A DNA stretch of 64,000 nt, taken from an uncultured Armatimonadetes bacterium (GTDB lineage Bacteria; Armatimonadota; Hebobacteria; Hebobacterales; Hebobacteraceae). Below are positions 8,714 to 20,430 of this stretch, piece after piece. The stretch covers positions 1,184,001 through 1,248,000 of the forward strand of contig OY970296.1 of the NCBI GenBank assembly GCA_963716175.1, given 5' to 3'. The position numbers were made by a program, and so were the translations under genes. How positions within the stretch are numbered: position 1 is the first letter of the stretch; every line of letters starts with the position of its first letter. The notes beneath the pieces are model-generated. The model made no database searches. It saw nothing but the letters and a program-made list of their open reading frames with translations, and was not told the origin of the DNA.

Positions 8714-9850
8714 CTAGTGACCAGGCTCCAGTCTCTCCCGGCGAAACCGGAGGCTGTTGAAGTCGGGCTCCGTGACCGTCTCGACCCGGGCCGGGAAGAG
8801 CCCGATGTGCATCACACCGTCCCGCCACACCAGAGCCGAGCCGAAGACGCGCCGGCCTCGCAGTTCATACAGGCTTCCCGCTCCCGGGGTGTCCTTTCGC
8901 TCCCGGTCGGCCTGTCGCAGCCCGTCCAGCCAGTCCTTGATGTCCGCGGGATCCGGCTCGCCGCCTTCACCGAAATGGCGCCGAGCGTGGCGGCGTACCG
9001 GCGCGGCAGGACGCTCCAGCGCATCTATCGCATAGGAGTCGAGCAGCTTGCGCCAGAGCTGCCGGAAGACGGCGGGCGAGGAGAAGAGATCGGCGGCGAT
9101 GATCTCACCCCCGATTACGGCGACTACGCCGCAGGCCTTGGGGAAGTCATCCGGCAGATCTGAGAAGGCGCGGGTGTACGGCTTCATCTTTCCCTGCACT
9201 TCCGCGCTCTCGTGGATTGAGCTGAGGGCGCCAGTGGCGCTGGGCGCGCGGAGACGGTCCTGCTCGGCCGCCACCCGAGACCACACTGCGCTCTGGCCGG
9301 CCTTGGCGCTCTGGCGCAGGGCCGGCGCGGCCAGGGTGCGAGCGCTCTTGAAAGCCTCGCTCTTGGCCACCCAGCGGCCGTGCTCCACGCAATAGACCGG
9401 AATGGTCACCTCTTCGCCGGCGGGGACGATCAGGTCATCGCCCACGATGCGATCCTGCTTGGCGCCCTTCAGCATCTCGCCGGCCATGATGAAGACAGGC
9501 CGTTTCGCCCGGTTGTGCAGCCGCACCCGATTCACCTCGGCAGAGGTCAGCTCCACAATCTCGACCAGGCCCAGGTCCATGGCCTTGTCCAGGGTGAGAT
9601 CCACATCGGGGACCTTCAGCGGGGACGCGAACACGGGATAGAGGGTCAAGCCCTCATGGCGCTGTGCCCGTCCGACTCGCAGGCGGACGGCGAAGTCACT
9701 GATTGCATCGATCACGTAGGCGCCGGACCGGTACTTGCGCTCCGGTGGCTGCGGCCGCGCGGGCCCACGCGAACCCTTGGGTGCAGCGGCGAAGGCGGCG
9801 GCCGCCATCATGGCGATGAGGGGTAGGGTCAACAGCAGTCTGGTTTTCAT
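8714..9850 (-). CDS. Secreted ARPP-1 (DUF6569) domain protein
   Basis: Signal-peptide-like N-terminus. GEMLKGAKQDR, YCVEHGRW, QSAVW and KLLDSYA motifs. Confidence 0.75.
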   Translation of the reverse strand: MKTRLLLTLPLIAMMAAAAFAAAPKGSRGPARPQPPERKYRSGAYVIDAISDFAVRLRVGRAQRHEGLTLYPVFASPLKVPDVDLTLDKAMDLGLVEIVELTSAEVNRVRLHNRAKRPVFIMAGEMLKGAKQDRIVGDDLIVPAGEEVTIPVYCVEHGRWVAKSEAFKSARTLAAPALRQSAKAGQSAVWSRVAAEQDRLRAPSATGALSSIHESAEVQGKMKPYTRAFSDLPDDFPKACGVVAVIGGEIIAADLFSSPAVFRQLWRKLLDSYAIDALERPAAPVRRHARRHFGEGGEPDPADIKDWLDGLRQADRERKDTPGAGSLYELRGRRVFGSALVWRDGVMHIGLFPARVETVTEPDFNSLRFRRERLEPGH

Positions 9851-9874
9851 GGTTTCGTCCTTTCGTCAACGGCC

Positions 9875-9975
9875 GGCGGGCATAGGCGGCTAGGTCTTCG
9901 ACCGCCATGGCGGCCTGCGTAGCAGGCCTAGCCACATGCCCGCCCTACAGGGGGCGGGATGAATCCCGCCCCTAC
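9875..9975 (-). repeat. Tandem GTAG REPs, the first fused to the alpha-2-macroglobulin stop codon
   Basis: Plus strand ...ACATGCCCGCCCTAC and GGGGCGGGATGAATCCCGCCCCTAC. The left unit closely matches 31357-31436. Confidence 0.8.
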
Positions 9976-12900
9976 AGCACCTCCAACTGGACGGGCTTGG
10001 CGGTGGCGCTGATCTCCGGGTTGTAGTAGCGATACACCTTCGAGGCCGGGGTGGCGGCCTTGATCGGGAACTTGGCGCGCAGGCGATAGCTGAAGGCGAG
10101 GGGCTTGCGCGAAGCGAGCCTGTCCAGGTAGATGATGATCTGGCGAGCGGCGACGGTGAACTTCTGGATGGTCTTCTGCTCCACCAGCTTCTGGAGGTCC
10201 TCCGCCATCACCTCGAACCCGGGCGGCAGGCCCAGGTCAATCACCACCATGTTGCAGGCGCGCGGGTCGTTGTTCACGACTTGCACCGAGGCGGTGATGA
10301 TGTCATTGGTCGCCAGCGTGGTGCGGTCGTAGCTGACATCAATGTCGAGCAGCTCGCTGGGCCGGGGGCTTCACCAGCTCCCAGGGCAGGTAATACCTGG
10401 CCACGATCTGGTAGAGGGCGCTGCCCTTGCCCTTGAGGTTGATGCGGACATCGTTGGCGCCGGGCCTGACCAGCTCCCGCGCGTCCACCTGGCGCACCAC
10501 CTCATAGTCGGCCTGGGTGAGGCGCCAAGAGGCGGCCTGCTTGCCGTTCACCTCCACCGTCACTTGCGCGTCCACCTCCTGGGCGGCCTGCTTGAGGGCC
10601 TGCAGCAGCGTCTTGAGCGCCCACACCGTGGCCTGGGTGGTCTGCCAGGTCCCGAAGCTGTCCTTGGAGCGGATCAGGTAGGTGAGCGCCTTGTTGGTTA
10701 GGTCCACCCGGCGGCCGGACTTGACCAGGGCGTAGGCCGCAAGCGCGGTGGTCTCGAGGTCGGCGGCGCCATTCTGGGCGGAGGTGACGGTGGGCGCCTG
10801 GGATTTCCAGTAGGCGGTCTTCTCCTCCACGGTGGCGACCTTGGCGAGCGCGTCGAGCACCTGGCCCGTGGTGGCGGAGTCCGGCTGGCCGCTGAAGTAG
10901 GCGTTGGCGATCACGGCCAGGGCGTAGGCATCCTTGGCGCCGGCCCAGTGGGTGTCGAGATAGGCGAAGGCGCGCTTCAGCGCGTCGCCCTGGTAGCCGG
11001 ATTCGGCCAGCGCCCAGGTAACGTAGGCGGTTACGCGCAGCACGTCGGTCTGGCGGTTGATGATACCCTCCGCGATCCCGCCCGGATCGCGCTCCCAGGA
11101 GCCGTCCTTCTGCTGCTGGGCGGCCAGCCACTGCTGAGTGCGGGTGATCACGTTCTCGTCCACCTGATGCACGCGGCTCATGTCGTGGAACTCGAGCAGC
11201 CCATAGGAGGTGAGCACCTTGTGCGCGGGGGCGTCGCCGAACCAGGAGAATCCGCCGCCTTTGACCTCGAAGGAGAGCAGGCGCTGGTAGCCCACGTTGA
11301 TGTACTGCTCGGCCTTCATCTGGATCTCGGGCCTGGCCTGCTTGGTGGACTTCAGGTAGTCGAGCACCAGCACGTTGGGATAGGTCACAGAGCTAGTCTG
11401 CTCGAAGCAGCCGAAGGGCATGCGCAGCAGGGAATCGAGGCCTTCGACGGCCTGGCTGAAGAGGCCGGGGTAGATCTTCACCAGGATGGTGGAGGCGTCG
11501 GGGATGGCCTCCTTCGGGATGGCCACCGTCCTCTCGACGGTTCCCTCGAGACGATCGTTCCAGGTGTCGCGGCGCTCCTCGCCATCGGGCAGCACCTCGA
11601 TCTGGCGCTTGATGGCATCGGAGAGCTTGCTGCCCTGGGCGTGGACGGTGAGGGAGTTCATCCCGATCTTCTGCGCCCGGATGCGATAGTAAACGACCTT
11701 GATATCAGAGGCCGCGAGGTCGAGCGACTTGTCCGCCTGGTCCTCCACCAGCTCGAACCAGGGCTGCATCTGCAGCGACAGCTTCACGGTCTGCGGCCCC
11801 GGCAGGTAGTTGTAGACCGCGATGGGGACGGAGATCTCGTCGTGCTCGGTAAGGGCGACGGGCAGGTCAATGTCAATGAAGAAGTCCTGGAAGACGCGCA
11901 GGCCGGCGGTGGCGCTGCCGAGCTGGCCCCGCTGCGAGGAGGCGAGCGCTTGCAGGCGCCAGGTGGTGATGGAGTCGGCCATCTCCACGGTGACCGCGGC
12001 CTTGCCCTGCTCGTCGGTGATCAGCGCGGGATTGACGTACATGGTCTCGGGGAAGAACTGGCGCAGGCGGACCTGGGGCTGGCCCGCGGCTGCGGGCTGG
12101 GCGGCTCCGGTCGGCGCCGGCAGCGCCTCGGCCTTCCTCATGGCCATCGCGTCCATGGCCAGTGCCCCCTCCTCGAAGACCATCTCGCCCCCGCCGCCAA
12201 AGCCGCCAGCTTTGAACCTTCTGCCTTCTTTCGCCCAGGCACCGAGGCCGAGGATGTCGTCGGTGGTGCCCCAGCGGCCATCGGGCCCGGCGGAGTCGAG
12301 GGTGCAGTTGGCGTTGCGCCAGCGCACCCGATAGGGATGGTTCCAGCGATCGCGCAGCTCGCGGCGGCGCAGCAGCCCCTCGTCCGCCAGCACTGAGAAT
12401 GTCTTCATTGGGGATGAGATAAGCGCGGTGGAGCTGGTAGTAGCGCTGCAGCGCGCGGTCGATCCGCTCCGCATCTCGCGCCACCCCTTTGATCCACTCC
12501 TCCATCGCCTGCTCCACCCGTTCGTCATAGGTGTTGACGGTGAGAGTGTAGGGATCGCGCGGCTGGGCGGCGGCGAAGAGCACCGCGGCGGCGCGCTGGC
12601 GGGCGGCGTCCTCTTCCGCGGGCTTGGGGGTTTCGAAGGGTAGGCGGCCAGAGATGATGCCCTCAGGGGTGAAGCCGTGGATCTCGTACCGGGGCTTGAG
12701 CAGCTCTTTCTCCAGCGCGAAGTAGATGCGCTCCAGGCCGGGCTGCATCTCCTGCAGCGCGAAGACGCTTTCGTCCACAATGGTGAGCCCCAAGGCGGCG
12801 AGGGTGGGCTTGCCCCTCTGATCGCGCACCGCGAAGGTCAGCTTGGCCTGCCCCCCGGGGCGATAGGTCTGCTTATCTGCGCGCACCTCGACCACCAGGT

Positions 12901-14533
12901 CATCGGCGGGCGCGACATAGATGCGGCGCGTATCCCGGATGATATTCTCATCCGGCAGAATCTGGTAGGCGTGAACCTCCAGTGTGCCCTGCAAATCCTG
13001 AGTGAGGGGCAGCGTGAACTCGGACCGGCCGCCTGCCAGGTCAACCGCGCGGGTGAGAATGGTCTGGTTGTCCCGGATCACGTCCACATAGGTGGTGCCC
13101 TGCTGCTTGGTGGAGATGACGGTGAACTCAACCTGGTCGCCGACCTTGGCGAGGGCGCGGTCGGCCCGCAGCAGCAGAGCTGCGGCCCCGGGCTCGGTGG
13201 GGAGGGCGAAGGTGCGCCGAACGGCACCGGCCTCAACGGTCAGCTCCAGGGATTCCTTCCCCTTGCTCCACTGCGGCAGGATCGAGACCTCGGCCAGGCC
13301 CATCTCATCTGAGGTGCGGCCGCCCTGCATGTCCCCCTGCGGCGCCACGCCGGCGACTTTCACTGAGAACGAAGACTTCACCGGCTGCCCGTCGGGGCGG
13401 CTGAAGAGCAGGTAGACCGTGTTGGTGAGCCCGGGCTTGATCGCCCCTGACTCCGGCACCGCGGTGATGATCAGGGGCTCCTTGGCGATGGGCACGGTGC
13501 TGGTGATCTTCTCGATGTGCTCGGCCCTGTCGGTCACCTCCACATCGAGCTTGATGAAGGCGCTGCCCTGCTCCAGGGGCTGGCCCACGAAGTACTCCGG
13601 CAGGTCGGCCTCGAACTTATGGAGGCCTCCGGCATCGGTCTTACCCTCGATCCGGGCAAACTCGCGGAAGGCGACGTCGAAGGTGGAGAGCGTGATGAGA
13701 ACGTCCGACTGGGAGGTGGGCTTGCCGAAGAAGTAGTCGCACTGCACCTTGCCGGTGAGCTTCTCGCCGGGCAGGTAGTAGGTGCGATCTGTGGTCAGAC
13801 TGACCTTGAACTTGGGCAATACGTAGCGCTTCACCTCCACGCTGCGCTCAGCCTGACCCTCCTCTCCGATCGCGCGCACGGTATAGGGCCCGAGGTTGAT
13901 CTCGTCTGCGAGCGTGAAGTCGGCAGACACGATGCCGAACTTGGAGGCGGCGGTCGTCTGCTTGAACACCTTGTTGCCCTTGGCATCCTCCACCTCGAGG
14001 GTGATCTGCTGGCCCGCCGCCGGGGTAAGGCTGGGCCGACGGAGCGCCAGCGCGCGCAGATGGATGGTCTGGCCGGGCTGATAGAGCGGCTTGTCCGTGG
14101 TGAGCAGAATCTGAGTCTGCCGGGTGATGTTGATCGGGCGCTTCACCTCGTCGCTGCCCAGAGAGGAGCTGACCTGCACGGTCAGTTCGTAGCGGCCCGG
14201 GGGGACATCGGGCACCAGGAACTTGGCCTCCACCGTGCCCTCTCGCAGCCGGCCGGCGAATAGCTGCCGGCGACCAACCGACTGCTGGTCGGTCGGGGCT
14301 ATGCCCAGGCCGACCCGCCCTGCGATGGGCCGGCCGGTCTCGTGGTTGGTCACGATGATGCGCAGGGAGGCAGGGCCGCCAGCCAGCCAGGTGGACTGGC
14401 CCCGGATGACAGTCTCCAGTGGCGAGATGTCGCCTGAGGAGAACGAAGAGCTGGCGCCCAGGGCAACTGCCAGCGCCGCTCCCAGCAAACCAAGGGCTAT
14501 CCATTTCGGCAGGTAAGGCATTGATCTAGTCAT
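9972..14533 (-). CDS. Bacterial alpha-2-macroglobulin (thioester protein), with frameshifts near 12395 and 10360
   Basis: Signal anchor, MG2 TDKPLYQPGQ, YVLPKF, VDESVFAL, RQFFPET, DSITTW, thioester GCFEQ and C-terminal receptor-binding domain (MVVIDLGLPPGF...YYNPE), spread over three consecutive frames. Confidence 0.9.
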
Positions 14534-14628
14534 GAGCGAACGCTCCTTTGTCTTGCAGGGGGACACTGCATCGTCAGGGTCTTAGACTGGAGAGGCGGGG
14601 GCAAGGTTCCGCGGGGACTCGGGGCCGG

Positions 14629-15564
14629 TCAGGACTCGACTTCGGCCGGGGCCAGGCGCAGGAGACGATGGTTGAGAGAATCGGAAACGTAGATGCTGCC
14701 GACCGCGTCCACAGCCACCGCGCGGGGCGAGCGCAAGTCCAGGTCGGCGCTGGGGACCTCGGGGAAACAGCAGACGGCCTCGGCCTCGGCATTGAACTTC
14801 TGCACGCGGTCATTGCCCGCGTCGGCCACCCACAGGCCGCCGTCAATATCAAGCGCCAGCCCGCAGGGCTCCGACAGCTCCCCAACCGCGGGGCCGGGCC
14901 GGCCAATCGGCCGGTCGAGCCTGCCGTCCGGGGTCAGGCGCACGACGCGATGGTGCATGGTATCGGAGACATAGAGATAGCCCTCCCTGTCCACCGCCAC
15001 CCCCTGGGGCCGGGCGAAGCGGGCATCCGGAAGAGGGCCCAGGAAGTCCATGTACCAGACGCCAGTGGCGGTGTAGGAGGTGATGCGGTTGTTGTCGGTG
15101 TCCGCGATGTAGATGTGGTGATAGGAATCGAGGCAGATGGCGGTGGGAGAGGCGAAGCGGGCGCGGCTGGCAAAGGGCCCGCCCACTGCCATCACGAACT
15201 GCCCTTGGGGGCCGAACTTCTGCACCCGGTTGGCGCCCTGCTCAATGACGTAGATGCAGCGGGCACCGTCCACCGCCACGCCCTGGGGATGCAGCAGCAG
15301 GCCTGGGCCTCCCAGGCCATAAACATCGCCCTCCGGGGTGATCTTCTGGATGCGGTGATTGCAGGAATCGGCAACATAGAGGTTGCCGTCAGCATCCAGC
15401 GCGATGCCGCCGGGGCTGCTGAACTGGCCCAGGGCGGGGCCGAAGGAGCCGATGGTCTCGGCCAGGCGGAAGGAAACGCGCTCTGCCGCCGCCATCTCCT
15501 CGGGCACGACCGTGGGCCGGCGCAGCTTGCCGCCGATCTCGAGGTAGCGGAAACGGCTTTCCAT
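14629..15564 (-). CDS. NHL-repeat beta-propeller protein
   Basis: Six repeats of P.G.A.D....YVAD..NHR.Q. Confidence 0.9.
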   Translation of the reverse strand: MESRFRYLEIGGKLRRPTVVPEEMAAAERVSFRLAETIGSFGPALGQFSSPGGIALDADGNLYVADSCNHRIQKITPEGDVYGLGGPGLLLHPQGVAVDGARCIYVIEQGANRVQKFGPQGQFVMAVGGPFASRARFASPTAICLDSYHHIYIADTDNNRITSYTATGVWYMDFLGPLPDARFARPQGVAVDREGYLYVSDTMHHRVVRLTPDGRLDRPIGRPGPAVGELSEPCGLALDIDGGLWVADAGNDRVQKFNAEAEAVCCFPEVPSADLDLRSPRAVAVDAVGSIYVSDSLNHRLLRLAPAEVES

Positions 15565-15623
15565 GAGATAGGCATTCTGCGGAGAGGGAAGGATTTCCCG
15601 CTACTGAGAGGGGGGAGACGGGG

Positions 15624-15805
15624 CCAAGGTCCTGCTAAATGGGTGCGCTTCGGCAACGCTGCTCTCACCGTTCGGCAGGAGCTTGCTCCTGCCCGATCCG
15701 TCCCTTCCATCGCGCAGGCGGGCGAGAAGACGGACAGGACCAAGGTCCTGTCAAACGGACGCGGCCCGGCCACCTCAACCGTTCGGCAGGAGCTCGCTCC
15801 TGCCC
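15624..15805. repeat. Two imperfect direct repeats, each ending in a REP-like palindrome, 3' of the RAYT
   Basis: CCAAGGTCCTG at 15624 and 15740. ACCGTTCGGCAGGAGCT(T/C)GCTCCTGCCC ends at 15694 and 15805. Confidence 0.8.
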
Positions 15806-15808
15806 CTC

Positions 15809-16297
15809 CTATCCCCAGGGCGGATCGAATCCGCCCCAGCGCGAGTCGCGCATCTCCCAGAATCTTGCGCTGGAAAACGCATAGTACGTGGCCACATCTA
15901 CCATGCCAGCGGCCCGCGGGTTGTGGTGGACGTAAGCCAAACACTCGTCGAAGTCGTCGGAGTTCCTCACCACATGGTCGTAGAAGCGCCGGGCCCAGAG
16001 TTGACCGTGTCTGCCCGCGGCCGCGTTGATCTGGCGAGCCGACAGGCTGTTGATCCTCTGGACGATACGCGGGAGGCGATGGTCATGAAGTAAGGTCAGC
16101 AGAAGGTGGTAGTGGTGAGGCATGACAACGAAGGCGTGGAGTGAGCAGGAGCGGCCGCGCTCGGCGCAGATAAGGCGAGATAGCATCTCGGCACACGAGC
16201 GCTCCAAGAACCAACTTCGGAAACCTGCGGTTCTGATGGAGGCGAAGTAGGTAGCGTTTGGGAGATCAAGCCGCGGCAGGCGGCGGTGGAGTTTCAT
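15809..16297 (-). mobile_element. REP-associated tyrosine (Y1/HUH) transposase, RAYT
   Basis: TYF, AFVVMPHHYHLL (HUH), LWARRFYDHVVR and YVHHNP..AGMV motifs. Flanked on both sides by REP-like palindromes. Confidence 0.88.
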
Positions 16298-16307
16298 GGC
16301 GGTACTC

Positions 16308-16347
16308 GGGCAGGAGCAAGTCGCCAGAGGCGACTCAAGCTCCTACT
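16308..16347. repeat. REP-like palindrome with nested GTCGCCAGAGGCGAC hairpin, 5' of the RAYT
   Basis: GGGCAGGAGCAA-GTCGCCAGAGGCGAC-TCAAGCTCCTAC. Near-copies at 30161 and 40527. Confidence 0.75.
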
Positions 16348-16360
16348 CAACGACTGACGG

Positions 16361-17959
16361 CTACGGCCGCCCCCACACGCCCGACCTGACCCAGTTGGTA
16401 GCGCCGTCGAGGCTGTCGTCGGCGGTTTCGAGTTTCACGTCGGCGAGGCCGAAGCGAGAGGCGGGGCGGGCGCGGCCCTTCGCCCAGCGGCGCACCAGAC
16501 CAATCTCCTCGCGCATGGTGACCGAGAGGGGGACGGTCTCCTTGAGCGCGGTGAGCACGTCCCCGGTGGTGACCTCGCGTTCCTGCTCAAAGGCGGCCAG
16601 CAGGCCGGAGATCACGGCCTGCTCGATCTCGGCGCCCGAGAAGCCCTCCGAGGCGGCGGCGAGGGCATCCAGATCGAAGCCCTTGGCCTCGCGCTTGCGC
16701 TTGTCGAGATGAATGCCGAAGATCTCTTTGCGCTCCGACTCCGCGGGCAGGTCAACGAAGAAAATCTCATCGAAGCGGCCCTTGCGCAGCAGCTCGGGCG
16801 GGAGCTGAGTGATGTCATTGGCGGTGGCCACCACGAACACCGGCTTGGACTTCTCCTGCATCCAGGTGTTGAGGGTGGCGAAGACGCGGGCGGTGACGCC
16901 GGCATCGGCGAGGCCGGAGGACTGCACGCCGGCCAGGCCCTTCTCAATCTCGTCCAGCCAGAGCACGGAGGGCGAGACGGTCTCGGCCATCTGAATCGCC
17001 CGGCGCATGTTCTCTTCCGAGGATCCCACCAGGCCAGCGAAGATGCGGCCCACATCCAGGCGCAGCAAGGGGAGTCGCCAGAGGTGGGCCACGGCCTTGG
17101 CGGTCAGGCTCTTGCCGCAGCCCTGCACCCCGAGCAGCAGAATCCCCCGGGGCGCGGGCAGGCCGAAGCGGCGCGCTTTCTCCGTGAAGGCCAGGGCGCG
17201 GTTCCGCAGCCAGGCCTTGAGAATCTCCAGGCCGCCGATGTCCTCCACTTGCTCCTGGGATTCGAAGTACTCCAGGACGCCGGACTTGCGGATCAACTGC
17301 TGCTTCTCGGCCACGATCAGGTCCACGTCGAAGCGGCCCTTCTCCACCAGGCAGCGGGCGAAGACGTTCTCGGCCTCGGAGATGGTGAGGCCGAGGGCGG
17401 CCTTGAGGAGGTGTTCCCGCTGCTCCGCGGTGAGCTCCACCTGCACCCCCTCTTTGCCGCGCACGGAGTCGGCGGCGCGGGTGAGCAGCCCGTCCAGATC
17501 GCGCAGCCCCGGCAAGGCGTAGTCTATCACGGTCACGTCTTTTTGCAGCTCGTCGGGGAGCTGGAGCACGGGGGAGAGCAGGATCACCGTAGTGTAGGCG
17601 GTGTGGAGGACGTCGGCCAGGTCGCGCAGCTTGCGGATGACGGCGCTGGCGTGGGGATAGCTGGGAGAGAGGAAGACGTGGAAGTCCTTGAGCACGTAGA
17701 CCGCGGGCTCGGTGTTAGTGCGAATCGCCTCCAGCATCGCGACGGGATCGCGATTCCTGGCTTCGGCGGAGCCGGGAGTGATCTGCTTGGTGGGACTGCG
17801 CAGGCCGCTGGTCTCGGACCAGGTGTAGAAGTGCTTGTCCTGGCCCATCACGATCTCCTGGAGGGCGGCCAGCACCCGACGCTCCTCCCAGGAGACCAGG
17901 TAGAGCAGGGAGTAGCGGGCGCGGATGAGGATGTCAATCTCGCGCATCTGCGCGTCCAT
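16361..17959 (-). CDS. Ycf46-like AAA+ ATPase
   Basis: Degenerate N-terminal domain (EERR, LKDFH), Walker A GVQGCGKS, Walker [21 protein letters not shown] and [10 protein letters not shown]. Confidence 0.9.
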   Translation of the reverse strand: MDAQMREIDILIRARYSLLYLVSWEERRVLAALQEIVMGQDKHFYTWSETSGLRSPTKQITPGSAEARNRDPVAMLEAIRTNTEPAVYVLKDFHVFLSPSYPHASAVIRKLRDLADVLHTAYTTVILLSPVLQLPDELQKDVTVIDYALPGLRDLDGLLTRAADSVRGKEGVQVELTAEQREHLLKAALGLTISEAENVFARCLVEKGRFDVDLIVAEKQQLIRKSGVLEYFESQEQVEDIGGLEILKAWLRNRALAFTEKARRFGLPAPRGILLLGVQGCGKSLTAKAVAHLWRLPLLRLDVGRIFAGLVGSSEENMRRAIQMAETVSPSVLWLDEIEKGLAGVQSSGLADAGVTARVFATLNTWMQEKSKPVFVVATANDITQLPPELLRKGRFDEIFFVDLPAESERKEIFGIHLDKRKREAKGFDLDALAAASEGFSGAEIEQAVISGLLAAFEQEREVTTGDVLTALKETVPLSVTMREEIGLVRRWAKGRARPASRFGLADVKLETADDSLDGATNWVRSGVWGRP

Positions 17960-17965
17960 AGGTAG

Positions 17966-17994
17966 ATGATAGCGGAGGAAAGGAGAGGTGGCAA
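17966..17994 (-). promoter_or_regulatory. Promoter predicting a leaderless mRNA for the AAA ATPase
   Basis: TTGCCA-17 nt-TATCAT lies 6 nt before the ATG. No SD sequence. Confidence 0.6.
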
Positions 17995-18148
17995 GGCGGG
18001 ACCGCCCAAACGGCCCTCCGCCGATGAACGCCGACCGGATCGAACGACGGGCAGGAGGCAAGCTCCTGCCCAACATGAGTCCGACGCGCGCGGGCGGAGT
18101 CCGCCCGCGGCGGACTCCGCCCGTTTCCTGCGAGTCACTCCAAGTCGG

Positions 18149-19159
18149 TTAGAAGTACGGCATCATGCACATGCCGACCGGCCCGAGAATCGCCGGGCTC
18201 GGGTTCTTCCGGCCCTCGGGGATGAACCAGCGCTCGTCCACGCTGCCGCTCAAGACCGCTTCGCTGGGCATCCAGGCGGCGTGCCCATCGGCGAAGCCGA
18301 GGTTGGTGCCGCCCATATGGCGGGAGTACGGCTTGCGGGCATTCGGGTCCGTACCGAATTTCGGATCGCCGGCGCCGCAGACCTGGGTCCACGAGCAGTT
18401 TTCCCACTGCACGTCACTCAGGCATCCGTACTCCTCGTTAGGAGCGGCGCAGCCCAGCTTGCACCAGTCGCCATAGGCTATGATGGTCGTAGTCCAGGTG
18501 TCGTTTCCCTGGACCTCGCACACGACCAGCCACCGCGCCGGGTCCTCAACCTGGGAGGTCTTCAGGTCCAGGTTCGAGTTCAGCCCGTTCAGGCCTCGCT
18601 CGAAGCTGCCGGTGCCGCCGCAGGTCTGCTGGGCGAAGCTGTCGGTGACGGTGCCAGCCCAGCCGGGCGGGTAAGGCGAGCCGCACTGCATGAAGGGCGA
18701 GCAGGCGCCATTCGCATCGTAGAGCTGCTGGACGCGTGTAAACCAGTCGCCGCCCATCGGGTCGAGGCTGCGCACATCTTCCACCACCCGGGCGGAGGGG
18801 CACCGCCAGACGTCCCGGTTCTTGGTGTACTCATCCAGGAGCACGGGCCACCTCAGGTAGGGGTTGTTCTTGAACCCGGCCTCCCAGACGCAGCTGTCCA
18901 CACTGTCCACTCCCTCAACCCCCATGTAGAAGTTCAGGACGTCCTGCCGGTGCTCGCTGGGCGGGAACCGGTCGTAGTCCGTGAGGTACATCTGCACCGC
19001 GAGCGCGATGTTCTTCACATTCGACAGACACTGAATCTTCCGGGCCAACTCACGCGCCCGGGCGAATACGGGGAACAGCATCGCGGCGAGGATCGCGATG
19101 ATCGCGATCACCACTAACAGCTCGATCAGCGTGAAGCCCCTGCGTTGTCGGCCAATCAT
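18149..19159 (-). CDS. Prepilin-type N-terminal cleavage/methylation protein (DUF1559, H-X9-DG), copy 1
   Basis: [30 protein letters not shown]...CLSN and [14 protein letters not shown]. Confidence 0.92.
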   Translation of the reverse strand: MIGRQRRGFTLIELLVVIAIIAILAAMLFPVFARARELARKIQCLSNVKNIALAVQMYLTDYDRFPPSEHRQDVLNFYMGVEGVDSVDSCVWEAGFKNNPYLRWPVLLDEYTKNRDVWRCPSARVVEDVRSLDPMGGDWFTRVQQLYDANGACSPFMQCGSPYPPGWAGTVTDSFAQQTCGGTGSFERGLNGLNSNLDLKTSQVEDPARWLVVCEVQGNDTWTTTIIAYGDWCKLGCAAPNEEYGCLSDVQWENCSWTQVCGAGDPKFGTDPNARKPYSRHMGGTNLGFADGHAAWMPSEAVLSGSVDERWFIPEGRKNPSPAILGPVGMCMMPYF

Positions 19160-19373
19160 CTTAGGCCCTGCCTCCTTGTGACAACTTGATGAGAACCGTC
19201 CGCTCAGAAGCCTTGGGTGTGCACCTGGGTAGCCGCCTCACCTCCTCTCGTCTTCCCGGCCCGAGAGCCGCGGGACTGCTCCTCGGGAGTGCGAGCACGC
19301 AGGCGCAAGCCCGAGTAGCACGCCCATGTTTCCCACTTCAGAGCTATGTTACGCCCATTCTCTGCGGCAGTCA

Positions 19374-19403
19374 TTGAATAAGCCTCCGGAACTCTTGTAT
19401 AAT
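19374..19403 (+). promoter_or_regulatory. Promoter predicting a leaderless AraC mRNA
   Basis: TTGAAT-18 nt-TATAAT lies 7 nt before ATG 19411. No SD sequence. Confidence 0.55.
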
Positions 19404-19410
19404 CGTCTGC

Positions 19411-20331
19411 ATGGAATGGCTCGTGGAGGATCTGGGGGTAGACCCGGTCACCCGCGCCCAGCGCTGGGACTTCCACCTCACGCCGGCCACGCCCGTCTAC
19501 CCCAACAGCAGCTTCTACCCCCAGGAAATGCCACTTCAGCTCGATGAGCATGAGGGGGTGGAGGTGGGGATCGTCCTCACCGGTCAACAGGAGCGGCACT
19601 TCGGGGATTTGGTCCGCGCCGCCGGGCCCGGAGATGTCTGGCTCTGCGCGCCCTGGGAGCCCCACGGCTACCGCGCAACGGCGCCAGATACCCGGGATGT
19701 CTGTCTGATCTTCCTTCCCGAGTTCCTGGGTGATGAGAAGTTCGATGGCTCGTCCTGGCTCGGCCTGTTCGCGGTCCCGCCCGCGCAGCGGCCGCAGGTG
19801 AATGCCCCAGAGCTGCGCGCGACTACACTGGCCCTGGCCTTGGCAATGCGGCGGGAGGTCCCGATGGAACGAAGCGGCTGGCAGACCGCCATCAGGCTCG
19901 ACCTGCTTCGGCTGCTCTTCGCACTGAGCCGAGATTGGAGGCCTCAGGCCCGGCCGAGCGCGCCCCCCGCCATCCGCGCCAGCAACATACCCCGCATCAT
20001 GCCAGCAGTGCGACTGATGCACTCTCGGCCCGGCCGCCGCGTGACCATCGCCGAGGCCGCGGCAGCCTGCGGCCTGGGCCGCGCACAGTTCTGCCTGATC
20101 TTCCGTCACACCATGGGGCTCGGCTTCGGCAAGTTCTGCCTGCGGGCCCGGCTGGCACTGGTGGCGGACCGGCTGCTCAACACACAACTGCCCTCTGGAG
20201 CGATCGCGGAGGAGACCGGCTTCGCTGACGCCAGCCACTTACATCGCACCTTCGTCAAGCACTACGGGTGCACGCCGGCTCGCTACCGTGAGCTGGGCCG
20301 GCTTCGCGCTGGTCGCAACGGTCGCGGGTGA
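19411..20331 (+). CDS. AraC-family transcriptional regulator with cupin sensor domain
   Basis: HEGVEVG...PWEPHGY cupin. C-terminal IAEETGFADASHLHRTFVKHYGCTPARYR. Confidence 0.92.
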   Translation: MEWLVEDLGVDPVTRAQRWDFHLTPATPVYPNSSFYPQEMPLQLDEHEGVEVGIVLTGQQERHFGDLVRAAGPGDVWLCAPWEPHGYRATAPDTRDVCLIFLPEFLGDEKFDGSSWLGLFAVPPAQRPQVNAPELRATTLALALAMRREVPMERSGWQTAIRLDLLRLLFALSRDWRPQARPSAPPAIRASNIPRIMPAVRLMHSRPGRRVTIAEAAAACGLGRAQFCLIFRHTMGLGFGKFCLRARLALVADRLLNTQLPSGAIAEETGFADASHLHRTFVKHYGCTPARYRELGRLRAGRNGRG

Positions 20332-20430
20332 CTGGGCTGCGACTGCCGCCGGGACTGCGGGGCGCACAAACAGAGGGCGGAGTCCGCCGAAGCGGACTCC
20401 GCCCGTTTCCTGCGAGTCACTCCAAGTCGG

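Noticed and set aside
15624-15805. CRISPR array
   Set aside because: Only two imperfect units at ~110-116 bp spacing, next to a RAYT, with no cas genes. They are REP-type repeats.
15809-16297. IS200/IS605 element with TnpB
   Set aside because: There is no tnpB, and the motifs and flanking REPs fit a RAYT.
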